This document shows positions 24,000-36,964 of a stretch of DNA of 57,592 nt, piece by piece. The stretch comes from Octopus bimaculoides. Taxonomy: Eukaryota. The stretch lies in contig NC_068987.1 in NCBI RefSeq assembly GCF_001194135.2, positions 66,792,383-66,849,974 of the forward strand, given 5' to 3'. The translations under genes were made by a program, and so were the position numbers. How positions within the stretch are numbered: position 1 is the first letter of the stretch; every line of letters starts with the position of its first letter. The notes under the pieces were generated by a model that saw only the letters and a list, made by a program, of their open reading frames with translations, made no database searches and was not told where the DNA came from.

Positions 24000-25230
24000 T
24001 TTTATGACTAATCATTAGCAATAGGTAATTTTCCGAAAGTTAACATTTTTCTGCTCCCACCTCCTAATCTTGTTCCAATCAACAAAATAACAGGTTGTGT
24101 AAAATTTCAGCTCAATCGAACAACTGTAAGGCGACCTTTGAAGTTGGAAAATAGTATTCTGAACGATATCCTCTCTTCAAAAGCCGTATACTGTTCCCTA
24201 TCCCGACCATTTTCTTTTTTCTTCGTAGAGAAATTTATGTGATCCCATCCAGGCAACACCAGAAAACGTTTGAAAACGTTCTGAATTAGTTAATTTGAAA
24301 AATTCCTGAAATAACAGTTTAAACATTTATTAAAAAATCGCGAGGAACAGCTATACAAATACAGAGAATGTTCGAGAGAACCACTATTTAAGTATAATCG
24401 AGGCTTTCTTCCACTATTTACACCTTTTGGGAATAGGGTCAATTTCTTCATAAGCGCCTTCTGTATTAACGAAGCCTCTAAGATTCTCGCAAGTTTTAGG
24501 AACTGCACCCTTAGTTTTCAATAGACTAATGATGTAGTCGTCTAGTTATTTGTTCGCTAGTGGGTGCTTATTGACCATCCCCTGTATCCTCTTCAATTGG
24601 CACAGTATCTAATTTGCCTTCTTTTAGGGGTAGCGACAAAAATGGTAGTGCTTGTTTATAACTTCCAATTGTCTTAAGTTCAGGCCTTCCAGGATATGAG
24701 CATCCCTTTGTAACGTAGGAAGCACCGTTTCTCTTATCTCTGCTACTTTTCTTTCTTTGCTCCCTCGTATTGCTTCCAATCTTCATACTCGACACTCCAT
24801 TGCTTCAAAAACAATGTGATGCAACCACAGCTCGTAGTTTCTTGTTGTTGACGGCGAAAAATAGATGTTTGCCCTATACCTGCGCTCTGTCCCTAGATTT
24901 GCAAGTTGCCTTCCTCATTATATTTATTGTCACTTATCCTTCTAATACCAAGAATAAGTCTGAACAAATTTTTAATTTAAGAGAAAATTATATAAGAGAT
25001 AAAAAATTTTTATCTGAAAAAATGACTTTCCAAGCGAAAACTTCAAAATTTCACGGTCGATGAGGATCGCCTTGCAGTCGTTCGCTTGAGCTAAAGTTCT
25101 GCATAGATTGGGATTTTTTAATTGGAACAAGATAGGGGTGGGGCTAAACTTTTAGAAAGCTGGAAAATAAGGGCCACCCTACTAATCATATTCCCACTAG
25201 TTACAAATATTGTTGCTAAAATATCACATT
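24000..25230. repeat. Degenerate inverted repeat pair (arms ~24000-24150 and ~25050-25230)
   Basis: atcttgttccaat..gctcaatcgaacaactgtaaggcga matches the reverse complement of tcgccttgcagtcgttcgcttgagc..attggaacaagat. Confidence 0.6.
24316..24845 (-). repeat. Copy 1 of a ~520-bp direct duplication (unidentified element)
   Basis: Near-identical to 26394-26906, with scattered substitutions and one ~20-bp indel. AATAAA near the minus-strand end. Confidence 0.9.
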
Positions 25231-25899
25231 GCTTTATTTCTTCAGTTTCCTTTCATAATTGTAGCGTGAAACTTAATGTAGTGATTCAAGAAGCTCAACG
25301 TCTAATAAAATATTAAACGAACTTTTTAGCCACAAGAACAAACTGGGGCCCCAAATTTAAAATATAGGATTAAGCATTAATTTTATTATAAATCTTAAAA
25401 AGGGGTAGCTTCTACGTACACATTAAAACCAATCCTGGTGCTGTAGATGATGCTAGTTTTGCAGGAAATAGGTCAGTTTCTGTTTTAGAAATCTGATGAA
25501 ATAATTTTACCAGTATAAAAGCCAGTAGGTCAAGCAGCAATGTTATTTGATGCGCGGCATGTTATTTGAGTTTTACTCGAATACATGCATAAAATTGGAC
25601 AGATAATCCAAAATGGAAATGTCGTTGGATATTACATCAATAGGCAATATTTTAACTAAATCATTTGCAGCTGCCACTAAAATATCAGAAACGTGCCAAT
25701 ATTACACGAAACAAACGGATAAAATAAAATTGTTAAAATAAGAATCGATATTCAACAAATTTCCCCGGAATATTGTCTTGACAACGTTCTAGAGACATTT
25801 TATGTTAAGGAAAATATAAAAATAACAAAATTTGTGTTTGAAAATTAAGCTTACGGGTTAACAATACTGCAATGCATCAGACCAGTAAGCAGAACATAT

Positions 25900-25944
25900 C
25901 AACCACAATACCACCACCACCACCACCACCACCACTACTACTAT

Positions 25945-26013
<69 letters not shown>

Positions 26014-26039
26014 CACCACCACCACCACCACTACTGCTT

Positions 26040-26071
<32 letters not shown>

Positions 26072-26072
26072 G

Positions 26073-26104
<32 letters not shown>

Positions 26105-26113
26105 GCTACTACT
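25900..26113. repeat. Compound (ACC)n(ACT)n trinucleotide array, block duplicated
   Basis: Directly visible. The poly-P/poly-L ORF is an artefact. Confidence 0.95.
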
Positions 26114-26393
26114 TTAGTAATAATAATATTGTTAATTCATCAAGCGCAGTCATTTTAAATAGAGGACATTACACGATACCATCGAACCTAGCACTAGACT
26201 TAGTATTTATTTTATTCGCCCTGAAATGATGAAGGATAAAGCTGACATCGATATAATTCAAATTTGGTGTACATATTTTCAGGGTCAATAATATAAGCAC
26301 CAACTCTCACTCTTGAATTTCCTGGCTTTGTGGCTCAATTAGAAACAATATTTTTTATGAACTGGTGGGCTGAAGTTTGGAAAAGATAAGATA

Positions 26394-26906
26394 GTTTAAA
26401 CATTTATTTAAAAAATCGCGAGGAACAGCTATACAAATACACAGAGAATGTTCGAGAGAACCACTGTTTAAGTATAATCGAGGCTTTCTTCCACTATTTA
26501 CACCTTTTGGGAATAGGGTCAATTTCGTCATAAGCACCTTCTGTATTAACGAAGCCTCTAAGATTCTCGCAAGTTTTAGGAACTGCACCCTTAGTTTTCA
26601 ATAGACCAATGATGTGGTCGTCTAGCTATCTGTTCGCTAGTGGGTGCTTAGTGACCATCCCCTGTATACTCTTCAATTGGCACAGTATCTAATTTGTCTT
26701 CTTTTAGGGGTAGCGACAAAAATGGTAATGCTTGTTTATCACTTCCAATTGCCTTAAGTTCAGGCCTTCCAGGATATGAACATCCCTTTGTAACGTAGGA
26801 AGCGCCGTTTCTTTTATCTCTGCTACTTTTCTTTCTTTGCTCCCTCGTATTGCTTCCAATCTTCATATTGGACAATGTGATGCAACCACAGCTCGTAGTT
26901 TCTTGT
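26394..26906 (-). repeat. Copy 2 of the ~520-bp duplication; similar-composition sequence continues to ~27450
   Basis: See copy 1. Confidence 0.9.
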
Positions 26907-27692
26907 CCAATTTGCACAAGAGGAAGAATCTCCCTCGATGCCTCTCAGTGCATCAAACATAGCTGTCGGTGACACATGAATATGAGCCAGTTTGATTTCT
27001 ATGTTCTTTTCTCTTCGGAACTGCGATGGTGAGGCTACCGAATAACCAAAGCATTCACATCACCGGAGATTTGTTTCCGCTATGTCTGTTGTTATCTGCT
27101 GTCATTCTCCTACTTTAGCATTCTCTGTTCTTCGAGGAAGAAGGATCTCAAGTGGATTTTAATAACATGTGTAGCAACTGTTTCTCTTAACCTGCTTCGT
27201 CAATTAGATTATCCTTACCTTTCTACACTTTCGATGGGTATAACTTTGGGACACCATTGTAGCTAATCTGTCTTGGGAGATAATCAGTTTAAGGAGATCC
27301 AGACATACGCCCATCGGGTTCCCTGTTGCTCCATGCCAACTGTCAGCTTCCATTATATTTAACTGCTGAAGGGATATGACAAGCCAAGGGTTCACCTTCG
27401 TGCCAATGTCTCTGATTTTGATCCACAAATTCTTATGACACATGTACTACGTAACCAGATTGTGCACAAATGAATGGTGCTCGATCTCCTTTGGTTTTCT
27501 TGCTACAGTTTCAGTGATAGAGGCCAATCACATACTTCTTTATCATCCCTCTCACTCTAGAAAACTTATAACCCTCAGACACCGACGAATTTCACCTACA
27601 AATATTTTTTCAGGGGTATATAAACATCTACACAGGCATAAACAGTCACACACACACACAATCACACACATACATGTAAAGATATTGTAATG

Positions 27693-27726
<34 letters not shown>

Positions 27727-30700
27727 TGTATGTATGTATGTATGTATGAAATACAAGAAAACGGGCACATAACAAGATAATTTACTCCGAAATATTGTAA
27801 TCATATATTGCATGAAAGCGAGCGACTTGGATGATACTCATATACAGACAATCAAGGAATTTCACACATCATGCGTTTCCTTGTATCTCAAACGAAATTT
27901 CTCTCTCCAGGAGTGATCTACGGTCGGTGAGGGCAGGTCACATACGCTATGACCTCTACTTTCCCTCTGTTTCAACAATAATTATTCGAGTCATCGAGAT
28001 CTGTGGAAGAATATACGTCACAAATGATAGCCACAGCTTCTCTCCATCTAGAAATACACACAATTACTAAAGCCTTAGTGCATTGCTGAACATCATCAAC
28101 CTATCGAATCATTGTCGCATTTAATTGGCAGATTGGCACCTGACCAGCAAAGCATTTTTATTCACACTAAGCAAAAGACACTTCAGTCTTGTAAGACGCT
28201 ACCTAGATTAATGCACGTGTACCAGGTAGAGATATTTCACGGAAGTGACATAATTGTTTACCATGTCACATCGGCCACTCCAGAAAAAGTTTCTTTTCAA
28301 ATGTGAAACTGGATAACCTTTTCGGAATTTTGTTCCAGTTCATCACTAACTGCAAGTTTGAACTGTACCAGGGTCCAGTCAAACTAACTAGATATTTGGC
28401 CAAACCACAGCTTACACTTTAGGCAGTAACTGAGAGTTCCTTTGTAGAAACTATTACACATTATAACACGATTTTTGTCCTTGGCTAACAAATTATTTCC
28501 TTTCTGCTTACTCCTAGAAAATATGAAAAATAGCTAATATTTCCTTCAAACTTTGCTTTTGTTACTTTTAAGCAGATTTCAAAGAACCCCACAGGACAAA
28601 ACAAAGAAAGCTACGTAAATAATATTGTGTAACAAATTTTTTATTTTTAAAATGTTGTCTTTGGTCAATAAATCTTATTTCCTATTGGCTTCTGTCTAGA
28701 AATCAAAGGAAATGACTACTATTCTCTTAACACTTTCTTTTTACGGCCTAAAACTGACATATTTTCCATTACATGTCAGATTCAGCGTTGATTTGCTGAA
28801 GCAGAAATATCGTTACAGTAAATATTCTGCTCAATACCACAGATATTCTTGTCAGTTGCTTAACCTTAACCACTTGTGCATGTCCGTTAGGAGCTGACAA
28901 TATGTGCATCTCTGATCATGACTAGGAGTAATGGGGAGGCACCTAACCATGTGTTGACTGGGATTGTTTTCCTTGTTGCTTTTGCTGTTTGTTGTGTTGA
29001 TGGATGTAGGCAGTTGCATTTCAAAAATAATGTCTTAACAAGTTTTCTACATTTCAGAATTCGGTGACCAACGCTGGCTGCCTACAGCCTCTTCCAACCA
29101 CACAACCATGGTTTCCTAAGGTGATCTATTGCCTCTACTTTTCCGTCTTCATTTTTGTCCTTTTTCTTAGTCAAAACTAGAAGATAGAAGAGATTACATT
29201 TGTAATGCTGATAGTGACTGCAGTGGCAAATACATTGCTTTCGATGATGAGTCGGTGTAAGTGTGGGAGATATTGGTATAAGTTTTTTTGTTGCTTGGGT
29301 TACTGTAGCTATTGCTGGAGACAGTAGCTATAATGAGTAAGGCAGACCTGGTGATAGCGGTGGTGGTGCTACAGGTAGTTCTGTAAATGCAGTTGACATG
29401 ATTGTAGTCGTGATGCCATTTTCTTTGTCTTACCTTTACTACCGCTGTCAGCATCAATGATGTCGATGTATATAGGAATGATGTAGGTGGGGGTTAAAGC
29501 TTTGTTTCTAAGCGACTTCACTGTCACTTGAGAATTTTTTATCTGGATGTGTGTCAGTCTCTCTCAATGAGGAGTTTTCTATGCGAAGTTTTAGGTATGA
29601 TTTCATAGGTTCTTGTTGCCCCTTACCTCCTCAAACAAGTTATTGTTACTGCTTCATTTGATAATGAAGTTACAGAACGTTTGTGGTTGTGTGATTTGTT
29701 ATTGGTAGTGTTGTGTTTTCCGCTACTGCATGTTTAGGTTTTCTTTGTGTGTTGTATGGTGGCCCTTTTGTGTTTTTATTTCTTTTTTTGCTACTTGTCT
29801 GTTTGTTCCATGTACCGTTAATGCAGTCGTTATTATCTCTGTTTTTCTTGTGGAGGGGTGATAGTGGTGGAGAATTGTTAGTAATGGTTGTGATGGGAAT
29901 ATTGGTGGAGATTGTAGTAGTCACTGTCATGATGTTGTGGTTATTGTGATGTTTGTGATGCTGGTAGCAGAGGATTGTCTTATAGTTAGGACAGCAGATT
30001 TTTCAAATCTTCGTTGTTGACACGTAAGCTATTCATGGATATCTTTCCCGCCAGCACAACACTCATCTGATCCGTCCCCAAATGAAACGTTTCAGAGACC
30101 AACATAGATTAGCAGCCTTTTTGATTCCAGCCGGACCCCTGACCAGTGTTGAAAGGTAAACAATTTCATCTCATTATCTTCGATGATCAACACTACTGGA
30201 TGTTTGTAAGGAGAGAAAGGCTATGTATTAGGATTTCGGCCACACATCGCCCCATCTCCAATTTCACGCTACACATTTGATACTCTTCTTCAAATATTTC
30301 CTTGTTCAGGGGCACAAATACGATGTAAAACAGCTTGGTGACGTTTGTGAATAAACTGTCATTATTTGCGTCAGCTCAATCGATAAAACTTCTGGTTTAG
30401 TGTTGCAGACAGCAGATAGTCGCTCCTCGCTCTGTGGTTGTATTAGACGTACTGGTAATGTTCTTGTTGTTGTTTTCATTTTTCGTCGGACCATTTTTCT
30501 CTTCCTCCTTCTTTTTCATCAGAACTTTCGTACCTTAGCTCATATTTTTGCGTTGTAAGTTGGAAAAATGTTCAAGTTGGAAAATTAGTTAAGCCGCTAT
30601 GCTTGTGCACACTGGCTGCAATTCCTTATTCAACATGCTTTTTGCGTGAACATGTTAACATCCATTTTCTTTTTTTTTTCCACATTAAAGCTACGTACTA

Positions 30701-30970
30701 AACAACGATTCGTCTTTTAACGCAACCAGTGTGCATTTTATTATTGCCCACGACAATTACTGCTTAACTAGCTAATTATCCCAGTCTCCGTGAATTTTCA
30801 ATGTCGAAATTCTCATTTAGGCTATTGTTGGTTTGGGAGGCTCTACAGAGTTAATCTATATAACATTAAAAAATTATGTTGGAGGAGTATTTTGTAGACG
30901 TTGTTATTATTGCTGATAGGTTTTTTTCTGTTGATATTCATGTTTTTATGTTGTTATTATTTGGTCATTG

Positions 30971-31190
30971 TAAGGCGGCGAGCTGGCAGAATCGTTTTCA
31001 CGGTGGACAAAAATGCTTAGCGGCATTTCGCGCGTCTTTACGTTCTGAGTTCAAATTCCGCCGAGGTCGACTTTACCTTTCATCCTTTCGGGATCAATAA
31101 ATTAAGTACTAGTCAAGTACTGGGGTCGATGTAATTGACTATCCCACCAACAAAAAATTTCAGGCCTTGTGCTTATAGCAGAAGGGATTA
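30971..31190 (+). mobile_element. SINE family B
   Basis: taaggcggcgagctggcagaatcg..gttctgagttcaaattccgccgaggtcgac..ctggggtcgatgtaattgac. Confidence 0.85.
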
Positions 31191-31763
31191 CTTGGTTACT
31201 GTTAATGTCGGGCATGGGATGACTGTTTCCTGAGTAGCTACGGGCAGCCTTTGGCAAGGTATATCACCTGTTCAACCACCCTGCCAAGGATATGACAAAG
31301 TCGTGGGACTGCAGTACGACGGAATGTGACAAATCAGCGGAAGAGCTCAACTGAGCCAAAGATCGATGCTTTTAACAGTGATGCTGAACGAAGGTACCCT
31401 AGAAGATTACCAAGGTTACCAGACTCTATCATGAAAGTAACTGCAACGCATCGAAAGGGGTAGCGTCCATGGTTGGGTAATTACCTAATGAAAGATTCAC
31501 TATGACACAAGCACCCAATTCAAATAATAGAATTGAACATCAACAGAGAGTCACGAGAATCCGTGCAAGCAGCACAGCCGAGCATGTTTGTTTTATCATT
31601 TTATTGTTTTCGACATACAGTTGATAGACTGTTAGACTTTCACTTCTTTTCTCTTGACTTTACGTTTAACAGTTTATGCTTTGTTATAAATGCGTATTGG
31701 TTTCTATTGTGCTCAGTTTTTATTTGAAGACATGACATGTCAGATGACTACTGGAAATCAATA

Positions 31764-32065
31764 TTTCATTCCATGGGTAATAGTTGCTGAACCGGATATA
31801 TGTGACAAAGCAATTCTTGAAGAAATATCACAAACAGGAACAGGCATGTAGCTACATCGTCTCAAATTCTTACCGCTTCACAACCGTTTTACAACCAGTG
31901 AGGGTTTGTTTACGTTTCCACAATCTTGCGTTTCGGCAAAAGACACCAATAGAATACGTACCGGTCTTTAAGAATAAGTGCCGTGGTCGATTTGTCCGCC
32001 TAAAACGCTGCAAAGCGGTGCACCGGCATGACTGCGGTTTAACGACGAAAATACATAAAAAGTAC
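31764..32065 (+). mobile_element. Composite SINE-like element with a family-A-type tail
   Basis: 5' part matches 37328-37550. 3' part accaatagaata..aagaataagt..ggtcgatttg..gcatgactgc resembles the family A tail. Confidence 0.6.
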
Positions 32066-33334
32066 CAGAACATATATTTGTATATACACTGCATGACGAT
32101 TACCGTAATACAGGTGGCAAGTAAAAGGCGGAAGTTATCAGTTTCACGAAGACAAGTCTATGATTTGTGTTCCATTCCTGCACATAGGTTGTTATTTAAA
32201 TTTCCTTTTCAAAGACACAGCAGCGCAAAGCGCTCCTCACGAACACAGGTTCGTGAGATGGCTGTGATTTGTAAACAGTTTTGAGTAGGAATCAGAAAGT
32301 GAAGTATGAAGACGCGATACGCATGTGCACACTGGATTCCTAAAACGGAAGAGAAGAATAAAAACGCAATGCTCATGTCAAACAAGTTACATGATGGTCT
32401 GCATTCCACGTCTGCCACGACTATCACCGAGGTTTGCTGCATTTTTTTTTCTTTTCATTTATCTGTAAGTAAGTACGGAACAGCGGTACTCATTACACTT
32501 TATAGGATTTTCTATTATTAGTCAGAGAGAGAGGGAGAAAATCTAAAACATAATCTGAGTCCCAATACTCACAACAGTGAGAACTTTACCAAAGGGAATT
32601 ACGAAGTACAGATAAAGTCTACCACTTATATATAACAAAGGTACTGAAAGAAAGTTATTTCCCTGATGTATATGAGAAAAACAAGAATATATTAAAAATT
32701 ATTCTTTCATCTATAGGGTAAATAGAGTTCTTATCCTCATTCATAGATATATCTGTTTGATGACGATGAAGGTGGTGGTGGTGGTGGTGGTGGTGGTGGT
32801 GGTGGCTGTCAATACGTGACCATTTTCCATGTGAATTGTCAGCAATGCCCATGCATGAGGCTATTGCACCAGCAGTCGGCTTCACTCGGGTTTGCAGCTG
32901 TAGCTTTCATTATCACCGTAGCGCCTTCCTATCGACTGGGCACCAGATAGTCGCCTCACTGGCGATTGCAAAACCTAAATTATTAGGTCTAATAAGGCTT
33001 GTACAGAACCTGATAGACCCTTTCCACCATACTGGCATGATCTAGAAACAAGTTAAGACAAGATATCCAGTGCCGATATAGATCGCAGGCACAGGGATAT
33101 GGGAGCGGTATGGTCACAAGTGCAAGCAAAACATCTTCAAAGTGTTCGATCTACATATCTAGTTTTATACGAGTGGCCTTCTAAAGATTTGCGCTAACAA
33201 ATTTTAAAACTGACGGACAGGTTGCTAGACCGACAGACAGATACAAAGGAATATATATACAGTCGGTATTTCACACGCACATATAGTTTTCACATCATAA
33301 GAATTTAGAAACATCGAGAGAACGAGAAATAATT

Positions 33335-33368
<34 letters not shown>

Positions 33369-33370
<2 letters not shown>

Positions 33371-33608
33371 AGGGGTTGCAGAAAGGTTTCCCCGATTTCA
33401 AAGGCTAATAAAAAAAAAAAACATGATTATACAAGAAAAAACAAACTCTTCAACAACAAATGCACGATGTTGTCCACTCCAGGCCATAGCGCGTACTACC
33501 TGAAACAGAAAAAAATGGCATTGATGAACTTCATAGAAGTACAAAGTTTATTCGTGCATCTTCATGCGTTTGTTATTGAAATCGGGGCAACTTTTCTGCT
33601 GCACCTTG
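33369..33608. mobile_element. 240-bp Tc1/mariner-type MITE
   Basis: Left TA|CAAGGGGTTGCAGAAAGGTTTCCCCGATTTCAA versus reverse complement of right TA|CAAGGTGCAGCAGAAAAGTTGCCCCGATTTCAA: 33-bp imperfect TIRs, TA flanks, non-coding interior. Confidence 0.85.
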
Positions 33609-35210
33609 TATATTTAAAGGGCTTGTATATGTAAATGTGTGTGTGAGAGAGTGTGTTTGTGTGTGAATATATATGTGTGTGTGTGTATGTGTTTACTGTA
33701 TTTATCTATCTTTGTAGCTGTCTATTTCCTTGTCTATTTGTCCCACAGTTTTAAAATTCTTTTTGAGTGGGGCTCTTGTTTTCGCCTGATGGCTTATTCA
33801 GCTAGACTTGTTTCCAGTCAGCACAAACAAATTTTATAACAATTTTAATTCCATTCTCAGTACTGAATCTCTTCATCAGTAAACATACAGCTTTTATCGT
33901 TATACTTACTTTAAAATGATAACCCTAAGTTAATATTCATGTCTATCTACCTATCTATTTCAATTTACTTGCCTCTCTATTTACATGAAGGTATAAGCGT
34001 AAATACGCGTGTGTGTTCGTGTGTAACAGAATGTGAAGATACTTGTCTGAGTGTATCCTGTATTTGCCTGGCAATAGGAGAGTTAATTATATGTAAAGCT
34101 ATATTTATACTGTATAAACCTATTCCACACTGAAATGTTTGTAAACAAAATATAAACAAAGCCAGTAATTAATATATCAGACATTACGTGTTATAGCTAA
34201 ACATTCGAAATACTTAAACAATAGACAATTAATAATATATGTGGTTATCAGATTTTTGTGCAGGAAAAATATTGTCTCTGGATGTTTGTGTTATCTATTC
34301 ATTTTTTTTTTATTTATAAATAGACAAACTGAATGATTTGGAGACAATATGAATTTATATATATANNNNNNNNNNNNNNNNNNNNNNNNNNNNNNNNNNN
34401 NNNNNNNNNNNNNNNNNNNNNNNNNNNNNNNNNNNNNNNNNNNNNNNNNNNNNNNNNNNNNNNNNNNNNNNNNNNNNNNNNNNNNNNNNNNNNNNNNNNN
34501 NNNNNNNNNNNNNNNNNNNNNNNNNNNNNNNNNNNNNNNNNNNNNNNNNNNNNNNNNNNNNNNNNNNNNNNNNNNNNNNNNNNNNNNNNNNNNNNNNNNN
34601 NNNNNNNNNNNNNNNNNNNNNNNNNNNNNNNNNNNNNNNNNNNNNNNNNNNNNNNNNNNNNNNNNNNNNNNNNNNNNNNNNNNNNNNNNNNNNNNNNNNN
34701 NNNNNNNNNNNNNNNNNNNNNNNNNNNNNNNNNNNNNNNNNNNNNNNNNNNNNNNNNNNNNNNNNNNNNNNNNNNNNNNNNNNNNNNNNNNNNNNNNNNN
34801 NNNNNNNNNNNNNNNNNNNNNNNNNNNNNNNNNNNNNNNNNNNNNNNNNNNNNNNNNNNNNNNNNNNNNNNNNNNNNNNNNNNNNNNNNNNNNNNNNNNN
34901 NNNNNNNNNNNNNNNNNNNNNNNNNNNNNNNNNNNNNNNNNNNNNNNNNNNNNNNNNNNNNNNNNNNNNNNNNNNNNNNNNNNNNNNNNNNNNNNNNNNN
35001 NNNNNNNNNNNNNNNNNNNNNNNNNNNNNNNNNNNNNNNNNNNNNNNNNNNNNNNNNNNNNNNNNNNNNNNNNNNNNNNNNNNNNNNNNNNNNNNNNNNN
35101 NNNNNNNNNNNNNNNNNNNNNNNNNNNNNNNNNNNNNNNNNNNNNNNNNNNNNNNNNNNNNNNNNNNNNNNNNNNNNNNNNNNNNNNNNNNNNNNNNNNN
35201 NNNNNNNNNN

Positions 35211-35266
<56 letters not shown>

Positions 35267-35290
35267 ATGTATGCATATATTGACACTAAT

Positions 35291-35345
35291 CCTATCGCGG
35301 GTGTTACGTTCAAAAAGTCCCCGCGATAGGTGAAAATACGCGAAG
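35291..35345 (+). mobile_element. Tigger/pogo-like subterminal hairpin fragment
   Basis: 11-bp perfect stem cctatcgcggg/cccgcgatagg around tgttacgttcaaaaagtc, as I recall for pogo-family ends. Confidence 0.45.
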
Positions 35346-35554
35346 TAGAAACAGTACTGTACAGTATATTTTTTGTTACTTTTATAATTTGTATATATTT
35401 ATTTTATTATAAATGCAAAACAATACTACGGAGAAATCGACGTAAGCTTAAATAATAAACGGCGATTGGTGTATGCATACATATACATACACACGTGCAT
35501 ATATATGCATTCAGAGATAGAATGAAAGAAGGAAAGACACAGGCAGATATAGAT

Positions 35555-35611
<57 letters not shown>

Positions 35612-36964
35612 TAGAGAGATGATAGACAGATAGATAGATGTGCGTCTATATGTTTGTGCGTGTAAATTTTATTTACTTTACTAAGACGGGAAGAAGGGAT
35701 CTTCAGGTTTTCTAATTTGGCTAGCCAAACTGTTATATGATACTCATTCCCTACGACTGATATCCCAAGTATTTGATTTGGGGTTTTTTGCAGCCTTTTG
35801 GTTTTGTCTTTTTTTTTATACCATGGTTTGGAGAAAGGGCCTTTGATAGTATATCTAAACTCAATATTTATACAGTTTCCAACAAGAATTTCGGCAACAA
35901 CTGACTGCCTTGAATATGAATATCAATACAATGTACCATTTAATTTGTATTTTGTTATGCTGCCTTTGGAGTCCATATTAAGATGTGCCAGAAGCTAAGT
36001 GCCAATATCAAACATAGATCGAACCGGGACGAATAAGAAACAAACATGACATATTGTCAAACTAACCATAGCAGTTGATATATTGTGGTTCGAAGCATTA
36101 GTTAAAGTGAAGACGAAGTATAAACAATTAAAACTGTGCCATTAGGAAACCAAATGTATTTGATGGCATGGTAGCTAGCAAAACAAAGAAAGCTATCATG
36201 TAATATAGTGTTGATAACACAGCCAGTCAGGTTGCTTTTGCTTTTTAGATCTGCATACATTGTACTTCAAAATCTGGTAATTGTCAAATGGTGAAGTTGG
36301 AGTGACAGAGCTAACAACCATCGGTTATATGTTATGCATTTACGGGACATATTCACGCAGTTTGCAAGGTACTGGACATTCTTTAATTGGGAAACTCGAG
36401 GGGCACATCTAACTGCCATCAATAGGATGTTATGCATCTTCGGGTCATATTCAGACAGTATGCAATGTATCTATTGCCAAATATTTAAAATCCTTAACTT
36501 CCATCTTGATAAAATGAGATAAGTATACATCATTATTGCTAAGAGAAACAACATCACGATGCACCCTACGGTTATCCACTTGTCGTTGTTCTACTTGACA
36601 AAAATATTCTTTACTGTTGAACTAATTTTGCAATGGGACGGCAAAATGGAATGGATCCATAAAGGGCGACAATGTGCAATACTTCTGATAGAAGTAGGAT
36701 CTGTATTTGAAGATAAATCAACAATATCATACCTGACAACATTCGTTTTATTTTAAATATAGAGTCAAGAAAAGAATGCTTAGAGACATCACAGATGTGA
36801 GAAAGGACGATATTGTGGCAGTTTAGCCTAACAACAAAGAAAGAACTTAAAGCAAGAACAAGAATTTTTCATTAGAATATCAGATATCAACTACAGAGAT
36901 AGTCAAGTACATATATATACATATGTATAGTGTGAATTAAAAGTCATTTTCTTCTCATACAAAG

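Noticed and set aside
24316-26906. The two direct copies as LTRs of one retrotransposon
   Set aside because: No TG..CA termini, PBS, PPT or TSD. The interior holds unrelated repeats, and similar sequence extends past copy 2.
27800-28400. Very degenerate Tc1-like transposase (WP.RSPDL-like remnant, minus strand)
   Set aside because: Only one fuzzy motif, and the reading frame could not be reconstructed.
29990-30560. Possible host exons (plus frame ending GAAAG|GTAAAC; minus K/E/N/T-rich frame)
   Set aside because: Short frames, weak splice sites and no recognisable homology. Needs RNA-seq.
31185-31260. HDV-like ribozyme in a possible RTE 5' UTR (ctg tttcctgag tag..ggcagcctttggcaa)
   Set aside because: P3 and P4 are plausible, but no complementary P1 or P2 strands were found.
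33855-33885. Minus-strand CTGATGAAGAG hammerhead-like start
   Set aside because: No downstream GAAA or stem III.
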